From: Utricularia gibba
Lineage: Eukaryota; Plantae; Magnoliophyta
NCBI GenBank assembly: GCA_002189035.1
Contig: NEEC01000179.1
Location: 1-60,267, forward strand
Reading direction: 5' to 3'
DNA: 60,267 nucleotides
The position numbers and the translations under genes were made by a program. The number at the start of each line of letters is the position of its first letter. Position 1 is the stretch's first letter. Below, in pieces: positions 38,122 to 53,000 of the stretch. Below the pieces are notes generated by a model. The model did no database searches. It was not told the origin of the DNA and saw only the letters and a program-made list of their open reading frames with translations.

Positions 38122-39672
38122 CATGTGGGGTGCACGTGATATCGCAATTTAAACAAATGCAACATTGTATTCATCGATTTGCATCCTTTTGTCCTCATGA
38201 GCCATAAAGAATCGCGGGCCCGGACCAAGTTCCTAGCGAGACTGGCCGCCACAAAACGAGAAGCTGTTCCTTGAAAAACCATGTAGGCAACACCGAAAAC
38301 CGAACGTTAATAAATACATCACTTTCTTTGCCGGGCTACAACTTACTTTGGGCCAAGGCCTAAGCTGACTTTTTCCGGTTCCAAGTGCCCCAAAGACCGC
38401 CTCTCAAGTATAAAGTAAGTTGTTGAAAAAAATCATGTGGGGTGCACGTGATATCGCAATTTAAACAAATGCATCATTTATTCATCGATTTGCATCCTTT
38501 TGTCCTCATGAGCCATAAAGAATCGGGGGCCCGGACCAAGTTCCTAGCGAGACTGGCCGCCACAAAACGAGAAGCTGTTCCTTGAAAAACCATGTAGGCA
38601 ACACCGAAAACCGAACGTTAATAAATACATCACTTTCTTTGCCGGGCTACAACTTACTTTGGGCCAAGGCCTAAGCTGATCTTTTTCCGGTTCCAAGTGC
38701 ACCCAAAGACCGCCTAAGTATAAAGTAAGTTGTTGAAAAAATCATGTGGGGTGCACGTGATATCGCAATTTAAACAAATGCATCATTGTATTCATCGATT
38801 TGCATCCTTTGTCCTCATGAGCCATAAAGAATCGGGGCCCGGACCAAGTTCCTAGCGAGACTGGCCGCCACAAAACGAGAAGCTGTTCCTTGAAAAACCA
38901 TGTAGGCAACACCGAAAACCGAACGTTAATAAATACATCACTTTCTTTGCCGGGCTACAACTTACTTTGGGCCAAGGCCTAAGCTGACCTTTTTCCGGTT
39001 CCAAGTGCACCCAAAGACCGCCTTCTCAAGTATAAAGTAAGTTGTTGAAAAAATCATGTGGGGTGCACGTGATATCGCAATTTAAACAAATGCATCATTG
39101 TTTCATCGATTTGCATCCTTTTGTCCTCATGAGCCATAAAGAATCGGGGCCCGGACCAAGTTCCTAGCGAGACTGGCCGCCACAAAACGAGAAGCGTTCC
39201 TTGAAAAACCATGTAGGCAACCCGAAAACCGAACGTTAATAAATACATCACTTTATTTGCCGGGCTACAACTTACTTTGGGCAAGCCTAAGCTGATCTTT
39301 TCCGGTTCCAAGTGCACCCAAAGACCGCCTCTCAAGTATAAAGTAAGTTGTTGAAAAAATCATGTGGGTGCACGTGATATCGCAATTTAAACAAATGCAA
39401 CATTGTATTCATCGATTTGCATCCTTTTGTCCTCATGAGCCATAAAGAATCGCGGGCCCGGACCAAGTTCCTAGCGAGACTGGCCGCCACAAAACGAGAA
39501 GCTGTTCCTTGAAAAACCATGTAGGCAACACCGAAAACCGAACGTTAATAAATACATCACTTTCTTTGCCGGGCTACAACTTACTTTGGGCCAAGGCCTA
39601 AGCTGATCTTTTTCCGGTTCCAAGTGCCCCCAAGACCGCCTCCTCAAGTATAAAGTAAGTTGTTAAAAAAAT
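38122..39672 (+). repeat. Run of five B-like monomers
   Basis: Starts 38122, 38434, 38743, 39055, 39361. The next A starts at 39673. Confidence 0.75.
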
Positions 39673-40604
39673 CATGTGGGGTGCACGTGACATCGTAATT
39701 TAAACAAATGCATCATTTTTTTTAATCGATTTGCATCCAGTTGACCTCATGAGCCATACAGAATCGGGGTCAAGGACCAAGTTCCCAGCGAGACTGGCCG
39801 CCAAAACGAGAAGCGGTTCCTTGAAAAACCATGTAGGCAGCCCCCGAAAACCGAACGATAATAAATACATCACTTTATTTGCCGGACTACAACTAACTCT
39901 TGCAAGCCAAACCTTACCTTTGTCCCGTTCCAGGTGCACCCAAAGACCGCCTGCTCAAGTATAAAGTAAGTTGTTGAAAAAATCATGTGGGGTGCACGTG
40001 ATATCGCAATTTAAACAAATGCAACATTGTATTCATCGATTTGCATCCTTTTGTCCTCATGAGCCATAAAGAATCGCGGGCCCGGACCAAGTTCCTAGCG
40101 AGACTGGCCGCCACAAAACGAGAAGCTGTTCCTTGAAAAACCATGTAGGCAACACCGAAAACCGAACGTTAATAAATACATCACTTTCTTTGCCGGGCTA
40201 CAACTTACTTTGGGCCAAGGCCTAAGCTGATCTTTTTCCGGTTCCAAGTGCACCCAAAGACCGCCTTCTCAAGTATAAAGTATTTGTTAAAAAAATCATG
40301 TGGGGTGCACGTGACATATAATTTAAACAAATGCATCATTTTTTTTAATCGATTTGCATCCAGTTGACCTCATGAGCCATACAGAATCGGGGTCAAGGAC
40401 CAAGTTCCCAGCGAGACTGGCCGCCACAAAACGAGAAGCGGTTCCTTGAAAAACCATGTAGGCAGCCCCGAAAACCGAACGATAATAAATACATCACTTT
40501 ATTTGCCGGACTACAACTTACTTTGCCAAGCCTAAGCTGATTTTTTCCGGTTCCAAGTGCCCCAAAGACCGCTCCTCAAGTATAAAGTAAGTTGTTGAAA
40601 AAAT

Positions 40605-43600
40605 CATGTGGGGTGCACGTGATATCGTAATTTAAACAAATGCATCATTTTTTCATCGATTTGCATCCTTGACCTCATGAGCCATAAAGAATCGGGGCCG
40701 GACCAAGTTCCAGCGAGACTGGCCGCCACAAAACGAGAAGCTGTTCCTTGAAAAACCATGTAGGCAACCCCGAAAACCGAACGTTAATAAATACATCACT
40801 TTCTTTGCCGGGCTAGGCCAAGCCAAACTGACCTTTTTCCGTTCCAAGTGCACCCAAGACCGCCTCTCAAGTATAAAGTAAGTTGTTGAAAAAAATCATG
40901 TGGGGTGCACGTGATATCGCAATTTAAACAAATGCAACATTGTATTCATCGATTTGCATCCTTTTGTCCTCATGAGCCATAAAGAATCGCGGGCCCGGAC
41001 CAAGTTCCTAGCGAGACTGGCCGCCACAAAACGAGAAGCTGTTCCTTGAAAAACCATGTAGGCAACCCGAAAACCGAACGTTAATAAATACATCACTTTC
41101 TTTGCCGGGCTACAACTTACTTTGGGCCAAGGCCTAAGCTGACTTTTTCCGGTTCCAAGTGCACCCAAAGACCGCCTCTCAAGTATAAAGTAAGTTGTTG
41201 AAAAAATCATGTGGGGTGCACGTGATATCGTAATTTAAACAAATGCAACATTTATTTAATCGATTTGCATCCTTTTTGACCTCATGAGCCATAAAGAATC
41301 GGGGGGACCAAGTTCCCAGCGAGACTGGCCGCCACAAAACGAGAAGCGTTCCTTGAAAAACCATGTAGGCAACCCGAAAACCGAACGTTAATAAATACAT
41401 CACTTTCTTTGCCGGCTACAACTTACTTTGGGCAAGGCCTAAGCTGATCTTTTTCCGGTTCCAAGTGCCCCAAAGACCGCCTCTCAAGTATAAAGTAAGT
41501 TGTTGAAAAAATCATGTGGGGTGCACGTGATATCGCAATTTAAACAAATGCAACATTGTATTCATCGATTTGCATCCTTTGACCTCATGAGCCATAAAGA
41601 ATCGGGGCCCGGACCAAGTTCCTAGCGAGACTGGCCGCACAAAACGAGAAGCTGTTCCTTGAAAAACCATGTAGGCAACACCGAAAACCGAACGTTAATA
41701 AATACATCACTTTCTTTGCCGGGCTACAACTTACTTTGGGCAAGCCTAAGCTGACTTTTTCCGGTTCCAAGTGCACCCAAGACCGCCTCTCAAGTATAAA
41801 GTAAGTTGTTGAAAAAATCATGTGGGGTGCACGTGATATCGCAATTTAAACAAATGCAACATTGTATTCATCGATTTGCATCCTTTTGTCCTCATGAGCC
41901 ATAAAGAATCGCGGGCCCGGACCAAGTTCCTAGCGAGACTGGCCGCCACAAAACGAGAAGCTGTTCCTTGAAAAACCATGTAGGCAACACCGAAAACCGA
42001 ACGTTAATAAATACATCACTTTCTTTGCCGGGCTACAACTTACTTTGGGCCAAGGCCTAAGCTGACCTTTTTCCGGTTCCAAGTGCCCCCCAAGACCGCC
42101 TCCTCATGTATAAAGTATGTTGTTAAAAAAATCATGTGGGGTGCACGTGACATCGTAATTTAAACAAATGCATCATTTTTTTTAATCGATTTGCATCCAG
42201 TTGACCTCATGAGCCATACAGAATCGGGGTCAAGGACCAAGTTCCCAGCGAGACTGGCCGCCACAAAACGAGAAGCGGTTCCTTGAAAAACCATGTAGGC
42301 AGCCCGAAAACCGAACGATAATAAATACATCACTTTATTTGCCGGACTACAACTAACTCTCGGCAAGCCAAACCTTCCTTTTCCCGTTCCAGGTGCACCC
42401 AAAGACCGCCTCTCAAGTATAAAGTAAGTTGTTGAAAAAATCATGTGGGGTGCACGTGATATCGCAATTTAAACAAATGCACATTGTATTCATCGATTTG
42501 CATCCTTTTGTCCTCATGAGCCATAAAGAATCGGGGGACCAAGTTCCTAGCGAGACTGGCCGCCACAAAACGAGAAGCTGTTCCTTGAAAAACCATGTAG
42601 GCAACACCGAAAACCGAACGTTAATAAATACATCACTTTCTTTGCCGGGCTACAACTTACTTTGGCCAAGGCCTAAGCTGATCTTTTTTCCGGTTCCAAG
42701 TGCACCCAAAGACCGCCTCTCAAGTATAAAGTAAGTTGTTGAAAAAATCATGTGGGGTGCACGTGATATCGCAATTTAAACAAATGCATCATTGTTTTCA
42801 TCGATTTGCATCCTTTTGTCCTCATGAGCCATAAAGAATCGGGGCCCGGACCAAGTTCCTAGCGAGACTGGCCGCCACAAAACGAGAAGCTGTTCCTTGA
42901 AAAACCATGTAGGCAACACCGAAAACCGAACGTTAATAAATACATCACTTTTTTGCCGGGCTACAACTGGGCCAAGCCTAAGCTGACTTTTTCCGGTTCC
43001 AAGTGCCCCAAAGACCGCCTCTCAAGTATAAAGTAAGTTGTTGAAAAAATCATGTGGGGTGCACGTGATATCGCAATTTAAACAAATGCATCATTTTATT
43101 CATCGATTTGCATCCTTTGTCCTCATGAGCCATAAAGAATCGGGGCCCGGACCAAGTTCCTAGCGAGACTGGCCGCCACAAAACGAGAAGCTGTTCCTTG
43201 AAAAACCATGTAGGCAACCCGAAAACCGAACGTTAATAAATACATCACTTTCTTTGCCGGGCTACACTTACTTTGGGCCAAGCCTAAGCTGACTTTTTCC
43301 GGTTCCAAGTGCACCAAACCGCCTTCTCAAGTATAAAGTAAGTTGTTGAAAAAATCATGTGGGGTGCACGTGATATCGCAATTTAAACAAATGCAACATT
43401 GTATTCATCGATTTGCATCCTTTTGTCCTCATGAGCCATAAAGAATCGGGGGACCAAGTTCCTAGCGAGACTGGCCGCCACAAAACGAGAAGCTGTTCCT
43501 TGAAAAACCATGTAGGCAACACCGAAAACCGAACGTTAATAAATACATCACTTTCTTTGCCGGGCTACAACTTACTTTGGGCCAAGGCCTAAGCTGACCT

Positions 43601-43663
43601 TTTTCCGGTTCCAAGTGCCCCCAAGACCGCCTCCTCATGTATAAAGTATGTTGTTAAAAAAAT
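40605..43663 (+). repeat. B-rich block: five B-like or hybrid monomers, one A (42133), then four B-like monomers
   Basis: Starts 40605, 40897, 41208, 41513, 41819, then A at 42133, then 42442, 42749, 43051, 43356. The next A starts at 43664. Confidence 0.72.
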
Positions 43664-44285
43664 CATGTGGGGTGCACGTGACATCGTAATTTAAACAAAT
43701 GCATCATTTTTTTAATCGATTTGCATCCAGTTGACCTCATGAGCCATACAGAATCGGGGTCAAGGACCAAGTTCCAGCGAGACTGGCCGCCACAAAACGA
43801 GAAGCGGTTCCTTGAAAAACCATGTAGGCAGCCCCGAAAACCGAACGATAATAAATACATCACTTTATTTGCCGGACTACAACTAACTCTCGGGCAAGCC
43901 AAACCTTACCTTTGTCCGTTCCAGGTGCACCCAAAGACCGCCTGCTCAAGTATAAAGTAAGTTGTTGAAAAAATCATGTGGGGTGCACGTGATATCGCAA
44001 TTTAAACAAATGCAACATTGTATTCATCGATTTGCATCCTTTTGTCCTCATGAGCCATAAAGAATCGGGGCCCGGACCAAGTTCCTAGCGAGACTGGCCG
44101 CCACAAAACGAGAAGCTGTTCCTTGAAAAACCATGTAGGCAACCCGAAAACCGAACGTTAATAAATACATCACTTTCTTTGCCGGGCTACAACTTACTTT
44201 GGGCCAAGGCCTAAGCTGATCTTTTTCCGGTTCCAAGTGCACCCAAAGACCGCCTCTCAAGTATAAAGTAAGTTGTTGAAAAAAT

Positions 44286-47085
44286 CATGTGGGGTGCACG
44301 TGATATCGCAATTTAAACAAATGCAACATTGTATTCATCGATTTGCATCCTTTTGTCCTCATGAGCCATAAAGAATCGCGGGCCCGGACCAAGTTCCTAG
44401 CGAGACTGGCCGCCACAAAACGAGAAGCTGTTCCTTGAAAAACCATGTAGGCAACACCGAAAACCGAACGTTAATAAATACATCACTTTCTTTGCCGGGC
44501 TACAACTTACTTTGGGCCAAGGCCTAAGCTGATCTTTTTCCGGTTCCAGTGCCCCCAAGACCGCCTCCTCAAGTATAAAGTAAGTTGTTGAAAAAATCAT
44601 GTGGGGTGCACGTGACATCGTAATTTAAACAATGCATCATTTTTTTTAATCGATTTGCATCCAGTTGACCTCATGAGCCATACAGAATCGGGGTCAAGGA
44701 CCAAGTTCCCAGCGAGACTGGCCGCCACAAACGAGAAGCGGTTCCTTGAAAAACCATGTAGGCAGCCCGAAAACCGAACGATAATAAATACATCACTTTA
44801 TTTGCCGGACTACAACTAACTCTTGCAAGCCAAACCTTACCTTTGTCCGTTCCAGGTGCACCCAAAGACCGCCTGCTCAAGTATAAAGTAAGTTGTTGAA
44901 AAAATCATGTGGGGTGCACGTGATATCGCAATTTAAACAAATGCAACATTGTATTCATCGATTTGCATCCTTTTGTCCTCATGAGCCATAAAGAATCGCG
45001 GGCCCGGACCAAGTTCCTAGCGAGACTGGCCGCCACAAAACGAGAAGCTGTTCCTTGAAAAACCATGTAGGCAACACCGAAAACCGAACGTTAATAAATA
45101 CATCACTTTCTTTGCCGGGCTACAACTTACTTTGGGCCAAGGCCTAAGCTGATCTTTTTCCGGTTCCAAGTGCCCCCAAGACCGCCTCCTCATGTATAAA
45201 GTAAGTTGTTAAAAAATCATGTGGGGTGCACGTGACATCGTAATTTAAACAAATGCATCATTTTTTTTAATCGATTTGCATCCAGTTGACCTCATGAGCC
45301 ATACAGAATCGGGGTCAAGGACCAAGTTCCCAGCGAGACTGGCCGCCACAAAACGAGAAGCGGTTCCTTGAAAAACCATGTAGGCAGCCCCCGAAAACCG
45401 AACGATAATAAATACATCACTTTATTTGCCGGACTACAACTAACTCTCGGGCAAGCCAAACCTTACCTTTGTCCCGTTCCAGGTGCACCCAAAGACCGCC
45501 TGCTCAAGTATAAAGTAAGTTGTTGAAAAAATCATGTGGGGTGCACGTGATATCGCAATTTAAACAAATGCAACATTGTATTCATCGATTTGCATCCTTT
45601 TGTCCTCATGAGCCATAAAGAATCGCGGGCCCGGACCAAGTTCCTAGCGAGACTGGCCGCCACAAAACGAAGCTGTTCCTTGAAAAACCATGTAGGCAAC
45701 ACCGAAAACCGAACGTTAATAAATACATCACTTTCTTTGCCGGGCTACAACTTACTTTGGGCCAAGGCCTAAGCTGACTTTTTCCGGTGTGCCCCCAAGA
45801 CCGCCTCCTCATGTATAAAGTATGTTGTTAAAAAAATCATGTGGGGTGCACGTGACATCGTAATTTAAACAAATGCATCATTTTTTTTAATCGATTTGCA
45901 TCCAGTTGACCTCATGAGCCATACAGAATCGGGGTCAAGGACCAAGTTCCCAGCGAGACTGGCCGCCACAAAACGAGAAGCGGTTCCTTGAAAAACCATG
46001 TAGGCAGCCCCGAAAACCGAACGATAATAAATACATCACTTTATTTGCCGGACTACAACTAACTCTCGGCAAGCCAAACCTTACCTTTGTCCCGTTCCAG
46101 GTGCACCCCAAAGACCGCCTGCTCAAGTATAAAGTAAGTTGTTGAAAAAATCATGTGGGGTGCACGTGATATCGCAATTTAAACAAATGCAACATTGTAT
46201 TCATCGATTTGCATCCTTTTGTCCTCATGAGCCATAAGAATCGCGGGCCCGGACCAAGTTCCTAGCGAGACTGGCCGCCACAAAACGAGAAGCTGTTCCT
46301 TGAAAAACCATGTAGGCAACACCGAAAACCGAACGTTAATAAATACATCACTTTCTTTGCCGGGCTACAACTTACTTTGGGCCAAGGCCTAAGCTGATCT
46401 TTTTCCGGTTCCAAGTGCCCCCAAGACCGCCTCCTCAAGTATAAAGTAAGTTGTTAAAAAAATCATGTGGGGTGCACGTGACATCGTAATTTAAACAAAT
46501 GCATCATTTTTTTTAATCGATTTGCATCCAGTTGACCTCATGAGCCATACAGAATCGGGGTCAAGGACCAAGTTCCCAGCGAGACTGGCCGCCACAAAAC
46601 GAGAAGCGTTCCTTGAAAAACCATGTAGGCAGCCCCGAAAACCGAACGATAATAAATACATCACTTTATTTGCCGGACTACAACTAACTCTCGGCAAGCC
46701 AAACCTTACCTTTGTCCGTTCCAGGTGCACCCAAAGACCGCCTGCTCAAGTATAAAGTAAGTTGTTGAAAAAATCATGTGGGGTGCACGTGATATCGCAA
46801 TTTAAACAAATGCAACATTGTATTCATCGATTTGCATCCTTTTGTCCTCATGAGCCATAAAGAATCGCGGGCCCGGACCAAGTTCCTAGCGAGACTGGCC
46901 GCCACAAAACGAGAAGCTGTTCCTTGAAAAACCATGTAGGCAACACCGAAAACCGAACGTTAATAAATACATCACTTTCTTTGCCGGGCTACAACTTACT
47001 TTGGCCAAGGCCTAAGCTGACTTTTTCCGGTTCCAAGTGCACCCCAAAGACCGCCTCTCAAGTATAAAGTAAGTTGTTAAAAAAT
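44286..47085 (+). repeat. Clean B-A alternating block
   Basis: Starts 44286 B, 44598 A, 44906 B, 45218 A, 45533 B, 45838 A, 46152 B, 46464 A, 46775 B. Confidence 0.88.
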
Positions 47086-50000
47086 CATGTGGGGTGCACG
47101 TGACATATAATTTAAACAAATGCATCATTTTTTTAATCGATTTGCATCCAGTTGACCTCATGAGCCATAAGAATCGGGGCAAGGACCAAGTTCCCAGCGA
47201 GACTGGCCGCCACAAAACGAGAAGCTGTTCCTTGAAAAACCATGTAGGCAACGAAAACCGAACGTAATAAATACATCACTTTTTTGCCGGGCTACAACTT
47301 ACTTTGGCCAAGCCTAAGCTGACTTTTTCCCGTTCCAAGCCCCCAAGACCGCCTCCTCATGTATAAAGTATGTTGTTAAAAAATCATGTGGGGTGCACGT
47401 GACATCGTAATTTAAACAAATGCATCATTTTTTTTAATCGATTTGCATCCTTGACCTCATGAGCCATACAGAATCGGGGCAAGGACCAAGTTCCCAGCGA
47501 GACTGGCCGCCACAAAACGAGAAGCGGTTCCTTGAAAAACCATGTAGGCAGCCCCGAAAACCGAACGATAATAAATACATCACTTTATTTGCCGGCTACA
47601 ACTAACAAGCCAAACTTACCTTTTCCGTTCCAGTGCACCCAAACCGCCTCTCAAGTATAAAGTAAGTTGTTGAAAAAATCATGTGGGGTGCACGTGATAT
47701 CGCAATTTAAACAAATGCAACATTGTATTCATCGATTTGCATCCTTTTGTCCTCATGAGCCATAAAGAATCGCGGGCCCGGACCAAGTTCCTAGCGAGAC
47801 TGGCCGCCACAAAACGAGAAGCTGTTCCTTGAAAAACCATGTAGGCAACACCGAAAACCGAACGTTAATAAATACATCACTTTCTTTGCCGGGCTACAAC
47901 TTACTTTGGGCCAAGGCCTAAGCTGACTTTTTCCGGTTCCAAGTGCCCCAAGACCGCCTCCTCATGTATAAAGTAAGTTGTTAAAAAAATCATGTGGGGT
48001 GCACGTGACATCGTAATTTAAACAAATGCATCATTTTTTAATCGATTTGCATCCAGTTGACCTCATGAGCCATACAGAATCGGGGTCAAGGACCAAGTTC
48101 CCAGCGAGACTGGCCGCCACAAAACGAGAAGCGGTTCCTTGAAAAACCATGTAGGCAGCCCCCGAAAACCGAACGATAATAAATACATCACTTTATTTGC
48201 CGGACTACAACTAACTCTCGGTGCAAGCCAAACCTTACCTTTGTCCGTTCCAGGTGCACCCAAAGACCGCCTCTCAAGTATAAAGTAAGTTGTTGAAAAA
48301 ATCATGTGGGGTGCACGTGATATCGCAATTTAAACAAATGCAACATTGTATTCATCGATTTGCATCCTTTTGTCCTCATGAGCCATAAAGAATCGCGGGC
48401 CGGACCAAGTTCCTAGCGAGACTGGCCGCCACAAAACGAGAAGCTGTTCCTTGAAAAACCATGTAGGCAACACCGAAAACCGAACGTTAATAAATACATC
48501 ACTTTCTTTGCCGGGCTACAACTTACTTTGGGCCAAGGCCTAAGCTGATCTTTTTCCGGTTCCAAGTGCACCCAAAGACCGCCTGTATAAAGTAAGTTGT
48601 TGAAAAAATCATGTGGGGTGCACGTGAAATTTAAACAAATGCAACATTGTATTCATCGATTTGCATCCCTCATGAGCCATAAAGAATCGACCAAGTTCCA
48701 GCGAGACTGGCCGCCACAAAACGAGAAGCTGTTCCTTGAAAAACCATGTAGGCAACACCGAAAACCGAACGTTAATAAATACATCACTTTCTTTGCCGGG
48801 CTACAACTTACTTTGGGCCAAGGCCTAAGCTGATCTTTTCCGGTTCCAAGTGCCCCCAAGACCGCCTTCAAGTATAAAGTAAGTTGTTAAAAAAATCATG
48901 TGGGTGCACGTGACATCGTAATTTAAACAAATGCATCATTTTTTTTAATCGATTTGCATCCAGTTGACCTCATGAGCCATACAGAATCGGGGTCAAGGAC
49001 CAAGTTCCCAGCGAGACTGGCCGCCACAAAACGAGAAGCGGTTCCTTGAAAAACCATGTAGGCAGCCCCCGAAAACCGAACGATAATAAATACATCACTT
49101 TATTTGCCGGACTACGCAAGCCAAACCTTACCTTTGTCCCGTTCCAGGTGCACCCAAAGACCGCCTGCTCAAGTATAAAGTAAGTTGTTGAAAAAATCAT
49201 GTGGGGTGCACGTGATATCGCAATTTAAACAAATGCAACATTGTATTCATCGATTTGCATCCTTTTGTCCTCATGAGCCATAAAGAATCGCGGGCCCGGA
49301 CCAAGTTCCTAGCGAGACTGGCCGCCACAAAACGAGAAGCTGTTCCTTGAAAAACCATGTAGGCAACACCGAAAACCGAACGTTAATAAATACATCACTT
49401 TCTTTGCCGGGCTACAACTTACTTTGGGCCAAGGCCTAAGCTGACTTTTTCCGGTTCCTGCCCCCAAGACCGCCTCCTCATGTATAAAGTAAGTTGTTAA
49501 AAAAATCATGTGGGGTGCACGTGACATCGTAATTTAAACAAATGCATCATTTTTTTTAATCGATTTGCATCCAGTTGACCTCATGAGCCATACAGAATCG
49601 GGGTCAAGGACCAAGTTCCCAGCGAGACTGGCCGCACAAAACGAGAAGCGGTTCCTTGAAAAACCATGTAGGCAGCCCCCGAAAACCGAACGATAATAAA
49701 TACATCACTTTATTTGCCGGACTACAACTAACTCTCGGGCAAGCCAAACTTACCTTTGTCCCGTTCCAGGTGCACCCAAAGACCGCCTGCTCAAGTATAA
49801 AGTAAGTTGTTGAAAAAATCATGTGGGGTGCACGTGATATCGCAATTTAAACAAATGCAACATTGTATTCATCGATTTGCATCCTTTTGTCCTCATGAGC
49901 CATAAAGATCGCGGGCCCGGACCAAGTTCCTAGCGAGACTGGCCGCCACAAAACGAGAAGCTGTTCCTTGAAAAACCATGTAGGCAACACCGAAAACCGA

Positions 50001-53000
50001 ACGTTAATAAATACATCACTTTCTTTGCCGGGCTACAACTTACTTTGGGCCAAGGCCTAAGCTGATCTTTTTCCGGTTCCAAGTGCCCCCAAGACCGCCT
50101 CCTCAAGTATAAAGTAAGTTGTTAAAAAAAATCATGTGGGGTGCACGTGACATCGTAATTTAAACAAATGCATCATTTTTTTTAATCGATTTGCATCCAG
50201 TTGACCTCATGAGCCATACAGAATCGGGGTCAAGGACCAAGTTCCCAGCGAGACTGGCCGCCACAAAACGAGAAGCGGTTCCTTGAAAAACCATGTAGGC
50301 AGCCCCCGAAAACCGAACGATAATAAATACATCACTTTATTTGCCGGACTACAACTAACAAGCCAAACCTTACCTTTGTCCCGTTCCAGGTGCACCCAAA
50401 GACCGCCTCTCAAGTATAAAGTAAGTTGTTGAAAAAAATCATGTGGGGTGCACGTGATATCGCAATTTAAACAAATGCAACATTGTATTCATCGATTTGC
50501 ATCCTTTTGTCCTCATGCCATAAAGAATCGCGGGCCCGGACCAAGTTCCTAGCGAGACTGGCCGCCACAAAACGAGAAGCTGTTCCTTGAAAAACCATGT
50601 AGGCAACACCGAAAACCGAACGTTAATAAATACATCACTTTCTTTGCCGGGCTACAACTTACTTTGGGCAAGGCCTAAGCTGATCTTTTTCCGGTTCCAA
50701 GTGCCCCAAGACCGCCTCCTCAAGTATAAAGTAAGTTGTTGAAAAAATCATGTGGGGTGCACGTGACATCGTAATTTAAACAAATGCATCATTTTTTTTA
50801 ATCGATTTGCATCCAGTTGACCTCATGAGCCATACAGAATCGGGGTCAAGGACCAAGTTCCCAGCGAGACTGGCCGCCACAAAACGAGAAGCGGTTCCTT
50901 GAAAAACCATGTAGGCAGCCCCGAAAACCGAACGATAATAAATACATCACTTTATTTGCCGGACTACAACTAACTTCGGCAAGCCAAACTTACCTTTTTC
51001 CGTTCCAGGTGCACCCAAGACCGCCTCTCAATATAAAGTAAGTTGTTGAAAAAATCATGTGGGGTGCACGTGATATCGCAATTTAAACAAATGCAACATT
51101 GTATTCATCGATTTGCATCCTTTTGTCCTCATGAGCCATAAAGAATCGCGGGCCCGGACCAAGTTCCTAGCGAGACTGGCCGCCACAAAACGAGAAGCTG
51201 TTCCTTGAAAAACCATGTAGGCAACACCGAAAACCGAACGTTAATAAATACATCACTTTCTTTGCCGGGCTACAACTTACTTTGGGCCAAGGCCTAAGCT
51301 GATCTTTTTCCGGTTCCAAGTGCACCCAAAGACCGCCTTCTCAAGTATAAAGTAAGTTGTTGAAAAAATCATGTGGGGTGCACGTGATATCGCAATTTAA
51401 ACAAATGCAACATTGTTTTCATCGATTTGCATCCTTTTGTCCTCATGAGCCATAAAGAATCGGGGCCCGGACCAAGTTCCAGCGAGACTGGCCGCCACAA
51501 AACGAGAAGCTGTTCCTTGAAAAACCATGTAGGCAACCCGAAAACCGAACGTTAATAAATACATCACTTTCTTTGCCGGGCTACAACTTACTTTGGGCCA
51601 AGGCCTAAGCTGACTTTTCCGGTTCCAAGTGCCCCAAGACCGCCTCCTCAAGTATAAAGTATGTTGTTAAAAATCATGTGGGGTGCACGTGACATCGTAA
51701 TTTAAACAAATGCATCATTTTTTTTAATCGATTTGCATCCAGTTGACCTCATGAGCCATACAGAATCGGGGTCAAGGACCAAGTTCCCAGCGAGACTGGC
51801 CGCCACAAAACGAGAAGCTTCCTTGAAAAACCATGTAGGCAGCCCGAACGATAATAAATACATCACTTTTTGCCGGACTACAACTAACTTCGGCAAGCCA
51901 AGCTGACCTTTTTCCGTTCCAGGTGCACCCAAAGACCGCCTCTCAAGTATAAAGTAAGTTGTTGAAAAAATCATGTGGGGTGCACGTGATATCGCAATTT
52001 AAACAAATGCAACATTGTATTCATCGATTTGCATCCTTTTGTCCTCATGAGCCATAAAGAATCGCGGGCCGGACCAAGTTCCTAGCGAGACTGGCCGCCA
52101 CAAAACGAGAAGCTGTTCCTTGAAAAACCATGTAGGCAACACCGAAAACCGAACGTTAATAAATACATCACTTTCTTTGCCGGGCTACAACTTACTTTGG
52201 GCCAAGGCCTAAGCTGACCTTTTTCCGGTTCCAAGTGCCCCAAGACCGCCTCCTCATGTATAAAGTATGTTGTTAAAAAATCATGTGGGGTGCACGTGAC
52301 ATCGTAATTTAAACAAATGCATCATTTTTTTTAATCGATTTGCATCCAGTTGACCTCATGAGCCATACAGAATCGGGGTCAAGGACCAAGTTCCAGCGAG
52401 ACTGGCCGCCACAAAACGAGAAGCGGTTCCTTGAAAAACCATGTAGGCAGCCCCGAAAACCGAACGATAATAAATACATCACTTTATTTGCCGGACTACA
52501 ACTAACTCTCGGCAAGCCAAACCTTACCTTTGTCCCGTTCCAGGTGCACCCAAAGACCGCTCTCAAGTATAAAGTAAGTTGTTGAAAAAATCATGTGGGG
52601 TGCACGTGATATCGCAATTTAAACAATGCAACATTGTATTCATCGATTTGCATCCTTTTGTCCTCATGAGCCATAAAGAATCGGGGCCCGGACCAAGTTC
52701 CTAGCGAGACTGGCCGCCACAAAACGAGAAGCTGTTCCTTGAAAAACCATGTAGGCAACACCGAAAACCGAACGTTAATAAATACATCACTTTCTTTGCC
52801 GGGCTACAACTTACTTTGGGCCAAGGCCTAAGCTGATCTTTTTCCGGTTCCAAGTGCACCCAAAGACCGCCTTCTCAAGTATAAAGTAAGTTGTTGAAAA
52901 AATCATGTGGGGTGCACGTGACATATAATTTAAACAAATGCATCATTTTTTTTAATCGATTTGCATCCAGTTGACCTCATGAGCCATACAGAATCGGGGC

